From an uncultured bacterium (GTDB lineage: Bacteria > Fidelibacterota > Marinisomatia > Marinisomatales > TCS56): DNA of 64,000 nucleotides. Made by a program: the position numbers and the translations under genes. The notes beneath the pieces are model-generated. The model was not told the origin of the DNA. It worked only from the letters and a program-made list of their open reading frames with translations, and did not search any database. The stretch spans positions 1,795 through 65,794 of the forward strand of contig CAZVNL010000003.1 in assembly GCA_964628055.1 (NCBI GenBank). Direction: 5' to 3'. Below, piece after piece: positions 1 to 9,294 of this stretch (position 1 is the first letter of the stretch; the number at the start of each line of letters is the position of its first letter).

Positions 1-290
1 CCAAAGAGAAAGAAAGGGACGAAGAACCAGTCGTTCATGTACGTCATGGTGGAGGAGAAGCCGTACTGATAGGCCTTGGCCGAATATTTCAAGAAACTGT
101 GTGACCCTACCCCGGTGGCCACGATAGACATGGTAATGAGCCACCAGGAAAAGCGCCGGCCACTGAAAAAGAAATCAGTGGTGGTCTGGTTGTACTTGGA
201 AAAATAAGACCCAAAGCCCAAAATAAGGGCAAAATACCCGAAAATTATAACCCAGAAAGTGAAGGAGGTGTGAATAATCTGTTCACTCAT
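1..290 (-). CDS. sodium:solute symporter (SSS/SSF family), N-terminal part; the gene runs off the left edge
   Basis: Absent from the ORF track because it is open-ended. My minus-strand translation from ATG 290..288 gives MSEQIIHTSFTFWVIIFGYFALILGFGSYFSKYNQTTTDFFFSGRRFSWWLITMSIVATGVGSHSFLKYSAKAYQYGFSS. It is hydrophobic and has the FFxxGRxxxWW pattern typical of SSF N-termini. The ATG overlaps the TGA of the upstream ORF (ATGA). Confidence 0.6.
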   Translation of the reverse strand, partial: MSEQIIHTSFTFWVIIFGYFALILGFGSYFSKYNQTTTDFFFSGRRFSWWLITMSIVATGVGSHSFLKYSAKAYQYGFSSTMTYMNDWFFVPFFLF

Positions 291-592
291 GAGTAGCTCC
301 TCCAGACGGGTCTCAGGGTAAAAACAGCCACAAGAATGCACAGGACGATGATAATGAAAATGATCGTGTTGCTGGCTCCCAAAGCCGCCAGGGTGGTGAC
401 GGCGTGAATCGTCATGTACCAGGCGAAACCAAAAAACAGGACCCCGAACCAGAGCTTATGTTTCGGCCGCCTCAGGTCCAAAGAGCCCGATCTGAGGACA
501 ACCCAAATTCCCGCTGCAAATAGGATCCCTCCCGCTCCGTAGAGATAAAGGTAAGGTAACCAGGTACGGGTAAAGGGAAGGGCTTCGGTCAT
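287..592 (-). CDS. small integral membrane protein (about 3 TM helices), possibly an accessory subunit of the downstream symporter
   Basis: 101-aa ORF with three hydrophobic stretches. ATGA start/stop overlaps with both neighbours (589..592 and 287..290) imply translational coupling. No family recognised. Confidence 0.5.
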   Translation of the reverse strand: MTEALPFTRTWLPYLYLYGAGGILFAAGIWVVLRSGSLDLRRPKHKLWFGVLFFGFAWYMTIHAVTTLAALGASNTIIFIIIVLCILVAVFTLRPVWRSYS

Positions 593-1074
593 GACAGGCG
601 ATCAAACTCCGGTTTTAGTAAATCGTAGGTCTCCCACAATCCCTCAACAATGACTTTGGTATGGCCCAGGATGGGCATGTAGTTGGTGTCCCCCACCCAC
701 CGGGGAACCAGGTGGTAATGAACATGCTCTTCAATACCGGCGCCAGCCGCCCGACCAATATTCACCCCAAAGTTGAACCCCTCTACACGCATGGTCTTCC
801 GTAAAATGCTCATGGAGTAATTGGCTAACGTCATGATTTCTGTCAGGGTGTCGATTTTTAGGTCTTCGGTGCTATCGCAGTGTTGGTACGGAGCTACCAT
901 GAGATGACCATTGCTGTAGGGGTAGAGGTTCATCAAGACAAAAGCTTGTTTCCCCCGATACAGGATCAGGGTCTCCCGCTCATCTTTCCTTTGGGGCTTC
1001 GTGCAAAATATGCACTCTTTCTCCTTGGGTTGTCGTACATACTCAATCCGCCAGGGAGCCCAAAGTTTATCCAT
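589..1074 (-). CDS. HIT (histidine triad) family protein, Ap4A-phosphorylase/GalT-like subgroup
   Basis: 161 aa with the histidine triad HVHYHLVPRW near the C-terminus. The N-terminal LWAPWRIEYV and CIFC are seen in this HIT branch. Confidence 0.85.
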   Translation of the reverse strand: MDKLWAPWRIEYVRQPKEKECIFCTKPQRKDERETLILYRGKQAFVLMNLYPYSNGHLMVAPYQHCDSTEDLKIDTLTEIMTLANYSMSILRKTMRVEGFNFGVNIGRAAGAGIEEHVHYHLVPRWVGDTNYMPILGHTKVIVEGLWETYDLLKPEFDRLS

Positions 1075-1189
1075 TTTTAAAAAGCGTGAGGGGTGAAAGG
1101 ATGGGCGAGGGGAACTCGCCTAATAGGTTCTGGGGCGTTGACCGGGGATTAAGAAGTGATCTGTTATCTACGCTGCCACTCAACACCAA

Positions 1190-3271
1190 TCACTCCTCGT
1201 CTTTCTTTTTGCTCTTCTCGATGACTCGTTGTTCCAGGTCCCGGGGCATTTGCTCGTAGTGGCTGAAAGACTCCGAGTGTAATCCTCGTCCCCCTGTAAG
1301 AGAGCGCAGGGTGGTAGAATAATTATAGAGGTTCGCCTGGGGCACCTGAGCCTTGATGACCTGGAAGCTGCCTTCCGTATCCATGCCTAAAATCTTACCC
1401 CGGCGCCCGGAAATGTCCCCCATGACATCCCCCATATAATCCTCGGGCACTTTCACTTCTAAATTGATAATGGGCTCTAACAGACAGGGTTTTGCTGCGC
1501 GAAAGGCCTCCTTAAAGGCTTCCTTTCCGGCAATTTGGAAAGCAATGTCCTTAGAATCTACGGGGTGCTGCTTCCCATCGTAAAATTCCACCTTCAAATC
1601 CACCACCCGATAGCCGGCGATCACCCCTTCTTCACAAGCGGCTTTCACACCTTTCTCCACGGAAGGGACGAATACTCGATCTACGTTTTGTCCCACCAGC
1701 GATTCGGTGAATTCAACCCCCGAACCGCGTTCCTTAGGTTCGATGCGCATCCACACCTCGGCAAACTGGCCCGCGCCGCCACTTTGTTTCTTGTGACGAT
1801 ACTTGGACTCCCCTTTAGCCTGGATGGTTTCCCGGTAGGGAATCTTTGGTTCCTTCAGATCAATCTCCACATTGTACCTGCGTTTAAGACGTTGGCTCAC
1901 TACCTGTAGATGCAACTCCCCCTGACCGGAGATCACCGTCTGTTTCAACTCGGCGTCCACCCGATACTTGAAAGTGGGGTCTTCTTCATGGAGCGTAGCC
2001 AGACCCACGGCTACCTTCTCCTCATCACCTTTGGAATGAATGCTAATGGCCGCATGGATATTGGGCTCCGGGTAGTCAATCCCAGCCAATTCTACGGTAA
2101 ACTTGGGATGGCACAGGGTATCCCCAGTATGCGTGTCTTTCAATTTGACCACCGCCCCGATGTCTCCGGCGTTCAGAAAATTCACGCTGGTGCGCGTCTT
2201 CCCATTGAGGACAAAAAGCTGGCCAAGGCGCTCGCTCTTATCGCGACTGACATTATAAAGATCCTGTCCGGTGGAGACCTTTCCTGAATACACCCGAAAA
2301 AGGGACAGTTCCCCCACATGGGCCTCGGAAAGGGTCTTGAAGATAAAGACTACCGGCTCCTTACCCGAGAGATTCACCGGTACCTCTTTTCCGTCACGGG
2401 GATTTTCCGCCATGACGGTGGCCCGGTCAACGGGTGAGGAACCGTATTTAGCAATAAAGTCCATTAATCGGCTGACGCCTAGGTTGCGTACGGCTGAAGT
2501 ACAAAAAACGGGGATAAAGGCCTGGTTCTGCACGGCGGCATGAATCCCCCCGCGCATTTCCTCTTCTGTTAAACCCTCCTGCTCAAAGAATTTTTCCAAC
2601 AAGGCGTCATCAGATTCGGCCACATACTCGATCAATTCTTCATGAAGCTTCTCTACCCGCGTGACCCAGTCACCAGTTAAGTCGCTTTCAGTAAAAGTGC
2701 CATCCCCATCAGCGGAGTAGGTCAATATTTTTTTCCGCAGGACATCCACCACCTGGTTAAATCCTGGTCCCGGATTAACGGGCAACATCAAGGGAAACAC
2801 TTTCTGTCCAAAATGATCCCGGAGGTCCTGAAGGGCGCCTTCAAAACCAACATGCTCCTTATCCGCGCCGTTCAAGACCAATAGCTTGGGCAGGTTCAGT
2901 TTACTGGCGTAGTTCCAGACCTGTTCGGTGCCCACCTCCACACCAGCGGTCACTCCTACGACAACCAGGGCAAAGTCGGCCACCACCAGGGAGCTGAGCG
3001 TTTCCCCGATAAAGTCTAAATACCCCGGGGTATCAATGAAGTTGAATTTTTTCTCCAGCCATTCCAGGTGGAGGGGTGTGGCGTGAATGGAAATTTGACG
3101 CTCTTTCTCGCCGGTGTGATAATCGGAAACGGTGCTCCCCGCAGCGATGCTCCCCAGACGATTCAGCGCGCCAGCAGTGACTAAAAAGGATTCACTGAGC
3201 ATGGTCTTGCCACAGGCGCCATGCCCCACCAGAGCAAAGTTGCGGATATCCTCAGTTTGATACTCTTTCAT
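1190..3271 (-). CDS. elongation factor G paralog (EF-G2-like translational GTPase)
   Basis: 693 aa. P-loop GHGACGKT and G3 DTPGYLDF. The full EF-G domain order extends through domains IV/V (..GQGELHLQV.., ..YRETI.., ..LLEPI..). It deviates from canonical EF-G at G3 (His to Tyr) and G4 (NKxD to NGAD). Confidence 0.9.
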   Translation of the reverse strand: MKEYQTEDIRNFALVGHGACGKTMLSESFLVTAGALNRLGSIAAGSTVSDYHTGEKERQISIHATPLHLEWLEKKFNFIDTPGYLDFIGETLSSLVVADFALVVVGVTAGVEVGTEQVWNYASKLNLPKLLVLNGADKEHVGFEGALQDLRDHFGQKVFPLMLPVNPGPGFNQVVDVLRKKILTYSADGDGTFTESDLTGDWVTRVEKLHEELIEYVAESDDALLEKFFEQEGLTEEEMRGGIHAAVQNQAFIPVFCTSAVRNLGVSRLMDFIAKYGSSPVDRATVMAENPRDGKEVPVNLSGKEPVVFIFKTLSEAHVGELSLFRVYSGKVSTGQDLYNVSRDKSERLGQLFVLNGKTRTSVNFLNAGDIGAVVKLKDTHTGDTLCHPKFTVELAGIDYPEPNIHAAISIHSKGDEEKVAVGLATLHEEDPTFKYRVDAELKQTVISGQGELHLQVVSQRLKRRYNVEIDLKEPKIPYRETIQAKGESKYRHKKQSGGAGQFAEVWMRIEPKERGSGVEFTESLVGQNVDRVFVPSVEKGVKAACEEGVIAGYRVVDLKVEFYDGKQHPVDSKDIAFQIAGKEAFKEAFRAAKPCLLEPIINLEVKVPEDYMGDVMGDISGRRGKILGMDTEGSFQVIKAQVPQANLYNYSTTLRSLTGGRGLHSESFSHYEQMPRDLEQRVIEKSKKKDEE

Positions 3272-3390
3272 TCGTCCATCCTAATAATTTTTCCTTGATG
3301 ATCCCTACAATTAGGGGTGGGTAAGGGGGAAATAAATACGGGGAAAAAGAACTCAATTGTAACCAGTTTGCAAGGGTGAAATCAAGGGTT

Positions 3391-3666
3391 TTACACCGTT
3401 TCAGCGTCCCAGGGCAATAATTGTTGCTCTTCGATATAGGCCCGGAGGGCCGGGATGACATATACCCCCTCCAAATCCAGGTTAGCAAACTCCTGAGCCA
3501 GTATACGCAGGCGTTGTTCTAAGGGTCGTACCTTGTTCAAGACGATGAAACGTTTGGAATTCACCGTACAGCCACCGCCCACAAAATCCCCTTTCCCCTG
3601 GACAATGGTAATGTCCAAGCGCTCTGCCAGCTCCTGGAATTGATTCAGCAACACCTCACCATTCAT
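3391..3666 (-). CDS. hypothetical small protein (91 aa)
   Basis: Clean ATG ORF packed between manC and the EF-G paralog on the same strand. No motif recognised. Confidence 0.45.
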   Translation of the reverse strand: MNGEVLLNQFQELAERLDITIVQGKGDFVGGGCTVNSKRFIVLNKVRPLEQRLRILAQEFANLDLEGVYVIPALRAYIEEQQLLPWDAETV

Positions 3667-3677
3667 TTGTCGAGCCC

Positions 3678-4739
3678 CTATAAGAGAGAGTCGCGTTTTT
3701 GTTTCCGGAGCAGGTCTACTAATACTTTCACCTCCTCAGCACGTTCCCGGGGCACCACCAGGGTCACATCTTCCGTGTTTACTACTACAATGTCATTCAG
3801 TCCTAACACCGCCGTGAATTTCCCCGTGGATTGGATGAAATTATTCTTCCCCGCCAACACGACGCCGTCACCACGCACGACATTTCCCTTGGCATTTTTA
3901 GGAATCACATTATAAAGGGCATTCCAGGATCCCAGATCACTCCAGATGAAGTCGGCGCGCACCACGTAAAAATCCTTGGCCTTTTCCAAAAGACCGTAAT
4001 CAATGGATTCAGGAATGATCGTACTCCAGATTTCACGATATATGTCTTCGTTCTTACCCAGTATCGGTTTCAGGGCCATGAGTTGTTCATAGAGTTCGGG
4101 CATGTGTTGTTGCAACTTGTGGAAGAAAGAATCCACGCGCCAGATGAAAATGCCCCCGTTCCAGAGAAAATCTTTACTCTGCAGAAAACGCTGCGCCAAC
4201 TGCAAATGGGGTTTTTCAGCGAATGTTTTAACCTTGAAAGCGTTCAAGTGTTTTCCCGGCCTCTTGTGGTCATACTGAATGTATCCGTAGCCCGTGGCGG
4301 GATACGTAGGTTGAATTCCAACCGTGACTAGGGAACCATTTTGGATGGCGATTACCCGGGCGGTTTTCAGTACCCGTTCAAACTTTTTATGTCCTATGAT
4401 GAGGTGATCAGCTGGGAAAATACCCATCACGGCATCGTCCTTCAGTTTGGCAATATGCAAGGCGGAGAGTCCAATACAGGGAGCCGTATTTTTCCCTTCA
4501 GGCTCAATGATTATGTTTTCCGGTTTTAAGCCCTTTACTTCCTCCCGGATCAAGTCCACCAAATCAGCACTGGTCACCAGAAAGATGTCCTCTACAAATT
4601 TGATCTTTCGCAGTCGGTCTACCGTCATCTGAAGCATGGACTGATCCCCGATGATTTTTAACAACTGCTTAGGGCGATTGTGACGGCTGTAAGGCCAGAA
4701 ACGCGTTCCCCGACCCCCGGCCATGATTACACAATACAT
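3678..4739 (-). CDS. manC: mannose-1-phosphate guanylyltransferase (short form, no PMI domain)
   Basis: 353 aa with the N-terminal nucleotidyltransferase signature MAGGRGTRFWP. Length and colinearity fit the GDP-mannose pyrophosphorylase family. Confidence 0.8.
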   Translation of the reverse strand: MYCVIMAGGRGTRFWPYSRHNRPKQLLKIIGDQSMLQMTVDRLRKIKFVEDIFLVTSADLVDLIREEVKGLKPENIIIEPEGKNTAPCIGLSALHIAKLKDDAVMGIFPADHLIIGHKKFERVLKTARVIAIQNGSLVTVGIQPTYPATGYGYIQYDHKRPGKHLNAFKVKTFAEKPHLQLAQRFLQSKDFLWNGGIFIWRVDSFFHKLQQHMPELYEQLMALKPILGKNEDIYREIWSTIIPESIDYGLLEKAKDFYVVRADFIWSDLGSWNALYNVIPKNAKGNVVRGDGVVLAGKNNFIQSTGKFTAVLGLNDIVVVNTEDVTLVVPRERAEEVKVLVDLLRKQKRDSLL

Positions 4740-4877
4740 TTTAATTACCCACTCCTACCGGAACAAACCGCACAATAAACACGGGGTCTAACCCCACCAA
4801 GGGCAATCGCCCTGGTTGGTTTTACCCAGGATGGCATGGTGGTGTAGTCTGCTCTGAACTTTATGTACAAAACGAGA

Positions 4878-6620
4878 TTAATCGTATGTTTTTCCTAAGA
4901 GGCCGGCACGCCAGGGAAGGGGACCTACTTCCAAATCCCAATTGGCCCGCACCTGGAGGGTATCCGGATAGATGAAGAACCGCTCACTGGGCTGGAAAGG
5001 AAAGGCTGTGCCAAAGGTGTAAGCGCTGTCGCCATCGCGATCCTCAAAAATCATCAAGGTGTAACGGCCTTCAGGCAAAGCATTAAATTCAAATTTCGCC
5101 TGAGAATTTACAACCACAAGGGTTCTTTTGGATGCCTTTTCCACCTCGCTGACCTCTACCATCAACCCTGGAGAAGGCGCTCCCTGAAGGGAGCCCAAAA
5201 TGCTCCCGTAACCTGGAGGCTCCACTGTACCTACCTGGAAAGTAAGCAGCGAATCTCTTAATTGCGTTCCGTTCCAGGCGGTGAAACCTTGACTGAATAA
5301 AAATAATTGATACTTGGCTTTTGGCTGCCATCCCTGGACAGGACGCACCTTCACCACCATGGGATTTGCGATTTCAACTTCCAGCTCCACCTTCAAAGTG
5401 TCCTGGAGAAAAAGTCGGATATGATCATCGGGGTTGGAAACAGTAACCGGTTTCGTAAAGACAAGTTCCAGGGCCCTTGTGCGGTTTTCTTCCAGCTTTA
5501 AAGTTGCTTTTTGCGGGGGTTGACTCAGCTCCAGGGCGGTGGTGTCACGTTCCTCTGGAATGTGCACGGTGATGAAAGCCGAGTCCACGAAAGTCGTATC
5601 GCCATGACGTAAATCTTGCACCACAATCTTGACCTTTTCAGTTGGCAGGGAATCCCGGGTCACTACTATTAAATTGTGTCGGTCCCGGGGGTCTACGAAG
5701 GTTTCCGTTTCCGGTATTAACCTAGCGGGCGTTTGGATCGCCACTTTCGCTGTTATCTCCTCCAGGGGTAAGATACGATTAAAAATCAATTGGCCATAAC
5801 CTTGCGGTGACCAATTCCCCCGCAGCAAACGCCACGGTTCCGGTTTGCGGTGGAGGCGCATGTTCACACCCGTGACGGTTTCCTTTTTCCCTATTGAAAT
5901 GAAGGAATCCCAATAAATCCCATGTTGCATGCGGAGAGGATCCAGGGGTAGCCCGGCCGCCTGGCGTCCCAAAGCCAAAATCTGATAGCGCCCCGGCGCC
6001 AGGAAGTTAAACTCGTACGTCCCCTCGTCCGTGGCCTCGGTGATATAATCGGGGGGCTCCTGAAACAGGCTGTCCAGGGAAAGACCGCCTCCCAGGGAAT
6101 AGAGATGGAGAGAGACCTGGATCGCTCCGTACACCCGTCCGGTAATGCGGCTGCTGTCAATGGCTTCACCGGTGCTGTAGGCCAGATAGACGGGCGCCGC
6201 AAGTTCAACACCGTGTTCATCGGTCACTTCCCGCCCCAGGGAGATAATATAAGTTTGATCCGGTAGCAGGTCCTCGGGTAATGAAATTTCCAATTCTTTC
6301 CCCTGAAACTGCACCGCGGGTGGTGAAGATAGCTGAGGATACACGCGAATCCCTTTTGTCAGGCGGTCCTCATCCATATATTCTGAAAAGACCAAACGTA
6401 TGTCCCCTCCTTGAAAGCGGGTCGTGCCGCTGGGCGGTTCAGCCAAGACCAACATGGGCGGCGTCGTGTCAGGAGGGCCTCCCCCAGGAAGTTTCACGGC
6501 AGCACAAGACGCCCAGTAAAAACCGTAGAGTAGGACGGCTGAGTATCCTAAAAAAAGATACCACTTTCGTGCTGGCGCCAGCCGATGCAAAGCAATTGTC
6601 TTGAAAGGGAGCGGGAACAT
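4878..6620 (-). CDS. Ig-like (SbsA/Big_5-type) domain-containing lipoprotein
   Basis: 580 aa. N-terminal hydrophobic segment followed by Cys (FYWASCAAV). The pattern PPMLVLAEPPSGTT..IRLVFSEYMD is typical of SbsA-like Ig domains. Lies 7 nt downstream of sfsA. Confidence 0.55.
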   Translation of the reverse strand: MFPLPFKTIALHRLAPARKWYLFLGYSAVLLYGFYWASCAAVKLPGGGPPDTTPPMLVLAEPPSGTTRFQGGDIRLVFSEYMDEDRLTKGIRVYPQLSSPPAVQFQGKELEISLPEDLLPDQTYIISLGREVTDEHGVELAAPVYLAYSTGEAIDSSRITGRVYGAIQVSLHLYSLGGGLSLDSLFQEPPDYITEATDEGTYEFNFLAPGRYQILALGRQAAGLPLDPLRMQHGIYWDSFISIGKKETVTGVNMRLHRKPEPWRLLRGNWSPQGYGQLIFNRILPLEEITAKVAIQTPARLIPETETFVDPRDRHNLIVVTRDSLPTEKVKIVVQDLRHGDTTFVDSAFITVHIPEERDTTALELSQPPQKATLKLEENRTRALELVFTKPVTVSNPDDHIRLFLQDTLKVELEVEIANPMVVKVRPVQGWQPKAKYQLFLFSQGFTAWNGTQLRDSLLTFQVGTVEPPGYGSILGSLQGAPSPGLMVEVSEVEKASKRTLVVVNSQAKFEFNALPEGRYTLMIFEDRDGDSAYTFGTAFPFQPSERFFIYPDTLQVRANWDLEVGPLPWRAGLLGKTYD

Positions 6621-6627
6621 TAGGAGA

Positions 6628-7332
6628 TTAATCCGGGGTCAAATTTATTGGAATTTCCCGTTGATAAGTGACGTCTTTTTCAGTCACCAGGAGCGTAATA
6701 CACCACAGGCGCACCCCGGTCTGGAACGCCTTGCGAAGGGCGGCCCCAAATTGGGGGTCCCGGGACCAGAAAGGTCGCAACTGGCGGGCATCGGGCCGCT
6801 GGCAAATGAAAAGGATCCCCGCGCCAACACCCTGTTCAACGAGCCTCTGCAAGGCCTCCGCATGACGGCGTCCCCGAAGACTCACGGCATCGGGAAAACG
6901 AGCAACACCCTGCTGAACATAAGTCACTGACTTCACTTCCAAGTAAAAGGGATTCCCGTGAGTGTCTTCAATAAGAAAATCAAACCGATGTCGACCCAAA
7001 CACACTTCTGGCTTTACCATGGTATAATGGCGGAACATGGGTAGAGTATGTTCCTGTAACGCCTGGCTGACGAAACGATTGGGTAACAGGGTATCCACAG
7101 AGACCCAATAGTTCCCGTGACGCACCATGACGGTGGAATAGGCTGTTTTACGATGGGTGGCAAGCGCAACTGGGCGTATCAGGACCTCCGTTTCCGGCAG
7201 TAATAATTCCATCAGGCGGCCGGGGTCAGGAAGATGACTTTCCACCGTCTGTCCATCCATTTCCACAATGGTCAAAAAGCGGTTGGGACGACTCTGGAAC
7301 CTCCCGCGCAGCAATGGCCCGGCAATTTTCAT
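6628..7332 (-). CDS. sfsA: sugar fermentation stimulation protein SfsA homolog
   Basis: 234 aa. The N-terminal GRFQSRPNRFLTIVEMDG and overall length match the SfsA family. Confidence 0.8.
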   Translation of the reverse strand: MKIAGPLLRGRFQSRPNRFLTIVEMDGQTVESHLPDPGRLMELLLPETEVLIRPVALATHRKTAYSTVMVRHGNYWVSVDTLLPNRFVSQALQEHTLPMFRHYTMVKPEVCLGRHRFDFLIEDTHGNPFYLEVKSVTYVQQGVARFPDAVSLRGRRHAEALQRLVEQGVGAGILFICQRPDARQLRPFWSRDPQFGAALRKAFQTGVRLWCITLLVTEKDVTYQREIPINLTPD

Positions 7333-7468
7333 TCGTAGAAATTAACAGTACACCACCATAAAGACCTACGATTCCAGCAGGCCCCGGTTTAACTCAAATT
7401 AGCTCTGGTAGGCAGTGTAAAAAATCTCCCGGTTGGCGTAATTTCCGGTAACCGTAATAAACCTGATT

Positions 7469-8554
7469 ATGCCCCTCGTCCCTGATTACATTCGCGACCT
7501 GGCCAATTACGTGCCCGGAAAGCCCATCGAAGCAGTTCAAAAAGAACTCGGGCTCCGGGAGGTAGTAAAACTGGCTTCCAATGAAAATCTATTAGGCCCC
7601 TCCCCCCGAGCAGTGGCTGCCATGAAGCAGGCCATGAACTCCGTCCACCGTTACCCTGACGCCACCGGCTACCGCCTAAGGAAAATACTGGCCCAACGGT
7701 ACCAGGTTCGTCTGAAGAACGTTATCTTAGGCGCGGGCTCTGAAGGAATCATGTCCACCATATTAAGGACTTTCCTCTTGCCGGAAGATGAAATCGTCAC
7801 CGCTGCCCATTCCTTCATCGGCTTCCAGGTTCTGGCCACCGCCACCGGTAGGAAAATCCACTGGGTGCCCATGTTTAAACACCGTTACAACTTGCCAGCC
7901 ATGGCGGAAAAAATAAACCAAAACACCAAAATCATCTACATAGCCAATCCGGATAACCCCATGGGGACCTACATTACCCGCCGGGAGTTCGACGAATTCT
8001 ATTCCCACGTTCCCGAGCGGGTCCTCATCATTTTAGACGAAGCCTACTTCGAATTCACCTTCGACCTGCCAGATTATCCCAACTCCATGACCTACCGTTA
8101 CGACAATGTCATTACCCTGCGGACCTTCTCCAAGGCCTATGGTCTGGCGGGACTCAGGGTGGGGTACGGCTTTGCCCATGATGAGCTCATCAGGAATCTC
8201 ATGAAAGTGAAGGTCCCATTCGAGCCTAACTACCTAGCACAGGTGGCGGCCTATTCGGCCCTAAAAGACCACGATTTTCTCCACCGCACCCTGAAACTCA
8301 ACCAGGAAGGATACCGTTACCTCACCACCGAAATGGAAAAACTCGGGGTCCGTTTCATCCCCTCTGCCACTAACTTTATTACTACCATTTGGGATTCGGA
8401 AAAACGTGCCCAAGAAATCGCCCAGGAACTGCTAAAAGCGGGGATTATCGTTCGCCACCTAAAACCGTTCGGCTGGCCCAATTACATCCGGGTCTCCATC
8501 GGACTGAAAACCGAAAACCACCGGTTCATCGACGTACTGAAAACCATTCTGTAA
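7469..8554 (+). CDS. hisC: histidinol-phosphate aminotransferase
   Basis: 361 aa class-II aminotransferase. Motifs LASNENLLGPSP, IANPDNPMGT and TFSKAYGLAGLRVGY (PLP lysine). Confidence 0.85.
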   Translation: MPLVPDYIRDLANYVPGKPIEAVQKELGLREVVKLASNENLLGPSPRAVAAMKQAMNSVHRYPDATGYRLRKILAQRYQVRLKNVILGAGSEGIMSTILRTFLLPEDEIVTAAHSFIGFQVLATATGRKIHWVPMFKHRYNLPAMAEKINQNTKIIYIANPDNPMGTYITRREFDEFYSHVPERVLIILDEAYFEFTFDLPDYPNSMTYRYDNVITLRTFSKAYGLAGLRVGYGFAHDELIRNLMKVKVPFEPNYLAQVAAYSALKDHDFLHRTLKLNQEGYRYLTTEMEKLGVRFIPSATNFITTIWDSEKRAQEIAQELLKAGIIVRHLKPFGWPNYIRVSIGLKTENHRFIDVLKTIL

Positions 8555-8665
8555 ATCACTTCCACCAGGAATGTTAGGTCACGGTTTCCCAAAACAAAAC
8601 CTTCCCCTGGTGAATATCTGTGTTTCAAAACATTTTCTTTCCCAATTACCAACCGAAATAGAACC

Positions 8666-9277
8666 ATGATCATAGATCCTAACGAACAAACCGTCAAGGA
8701 CAACTACCGCTTGATGATCGGCTCCATCCTGCCACGGCCCATCGCCTTCGTCTCGACCCTTTCCAAAGATGGTATTCCCAACCTGGCGCCCTTTTCCTTT
8801 TTTACCGGAGTTTGCGCTCGGCCCCCCACCCTACTCTTTGTCCCTGCCCTCCGCGGTTACGATAGTCAGCCCAAAGACACCCTGGTGAATATCCGGGATA
8901 CAGGGGAATTTGTGGTGAACATCGTCTCCCGGGATTTCGCCGAACAGATGGTGCTTTGCGCTACGGACTACGACCCCGAGGTGAACGAATTTGATATTGC
9001 GCGCCTCACTCCCACCCCGTCGCAGAAAGTCACGCCACCCCGCGTGGGGGAGGCCAAGGTAAGTTTTGAATGTCAGTTAGAGCAGTTGATACCCGTCTGT
9101 ACCGGTAACGCCGAATTGGTTTTAGGGAGGATTGTCCTCTTCCACGTAGCGGAAGAAGTCTATATTGACGGACGGATACATGTGGAAGCCTTGCACCCCA
9201 TCGGCCGGTTGGGCGGCCACGAGTACACAACGGTGAAAGACACCTTTCAAATCATCCGAAAAATAAAACCAGATTAA
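8666..9277 (+). CDS. flavin reductase-like (FMN-binding split-barrel) protein
   Basis: 203 aa. The pattern ILPRPIAFVST..G.PNLAPFSFF is typical of the Flavin_Reduct domain. Confidence 0.75.
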   Translation: MIIDPNEQTVKDNYRLMIGSILPRPIAFVSTLSKDGIPNLAPFSFFTGVCARPPTLLFVPALRGYDSQPKDTLVNIRDTGEFVVNIVSRDFAEQMVLCATDYDPEVNEFDIARLTPTPSQKVTPPRVGEAKVSFECQLEQLIPVCTGNAELVLGRIVLFHVAEEVYIDGRIHVEALHPIGRLGGHEYTTVKDTFQIIRKIKPD

Positions 9278-9294
9278 AGATTTCTCGCTATTCA

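Noticed and set aside
1190-3271. The EF-G-like GTPase as a possible SelB, given the nearby Sec candidate
   Set aside because: At 693 aa, the domain order is EF-G-like, with domains III-V (..YRETI.., ..LLEPI..). It is not an EF-Tu-like core plus winged-helix SECIS-binding domains.
3252-3488. 78-aa ORF overlapping the EF-G paralog start and the 91-aa gene
   Set aside because: It overlaps two better-supported genes, and it is Pro/Ser-rich and motif-less.
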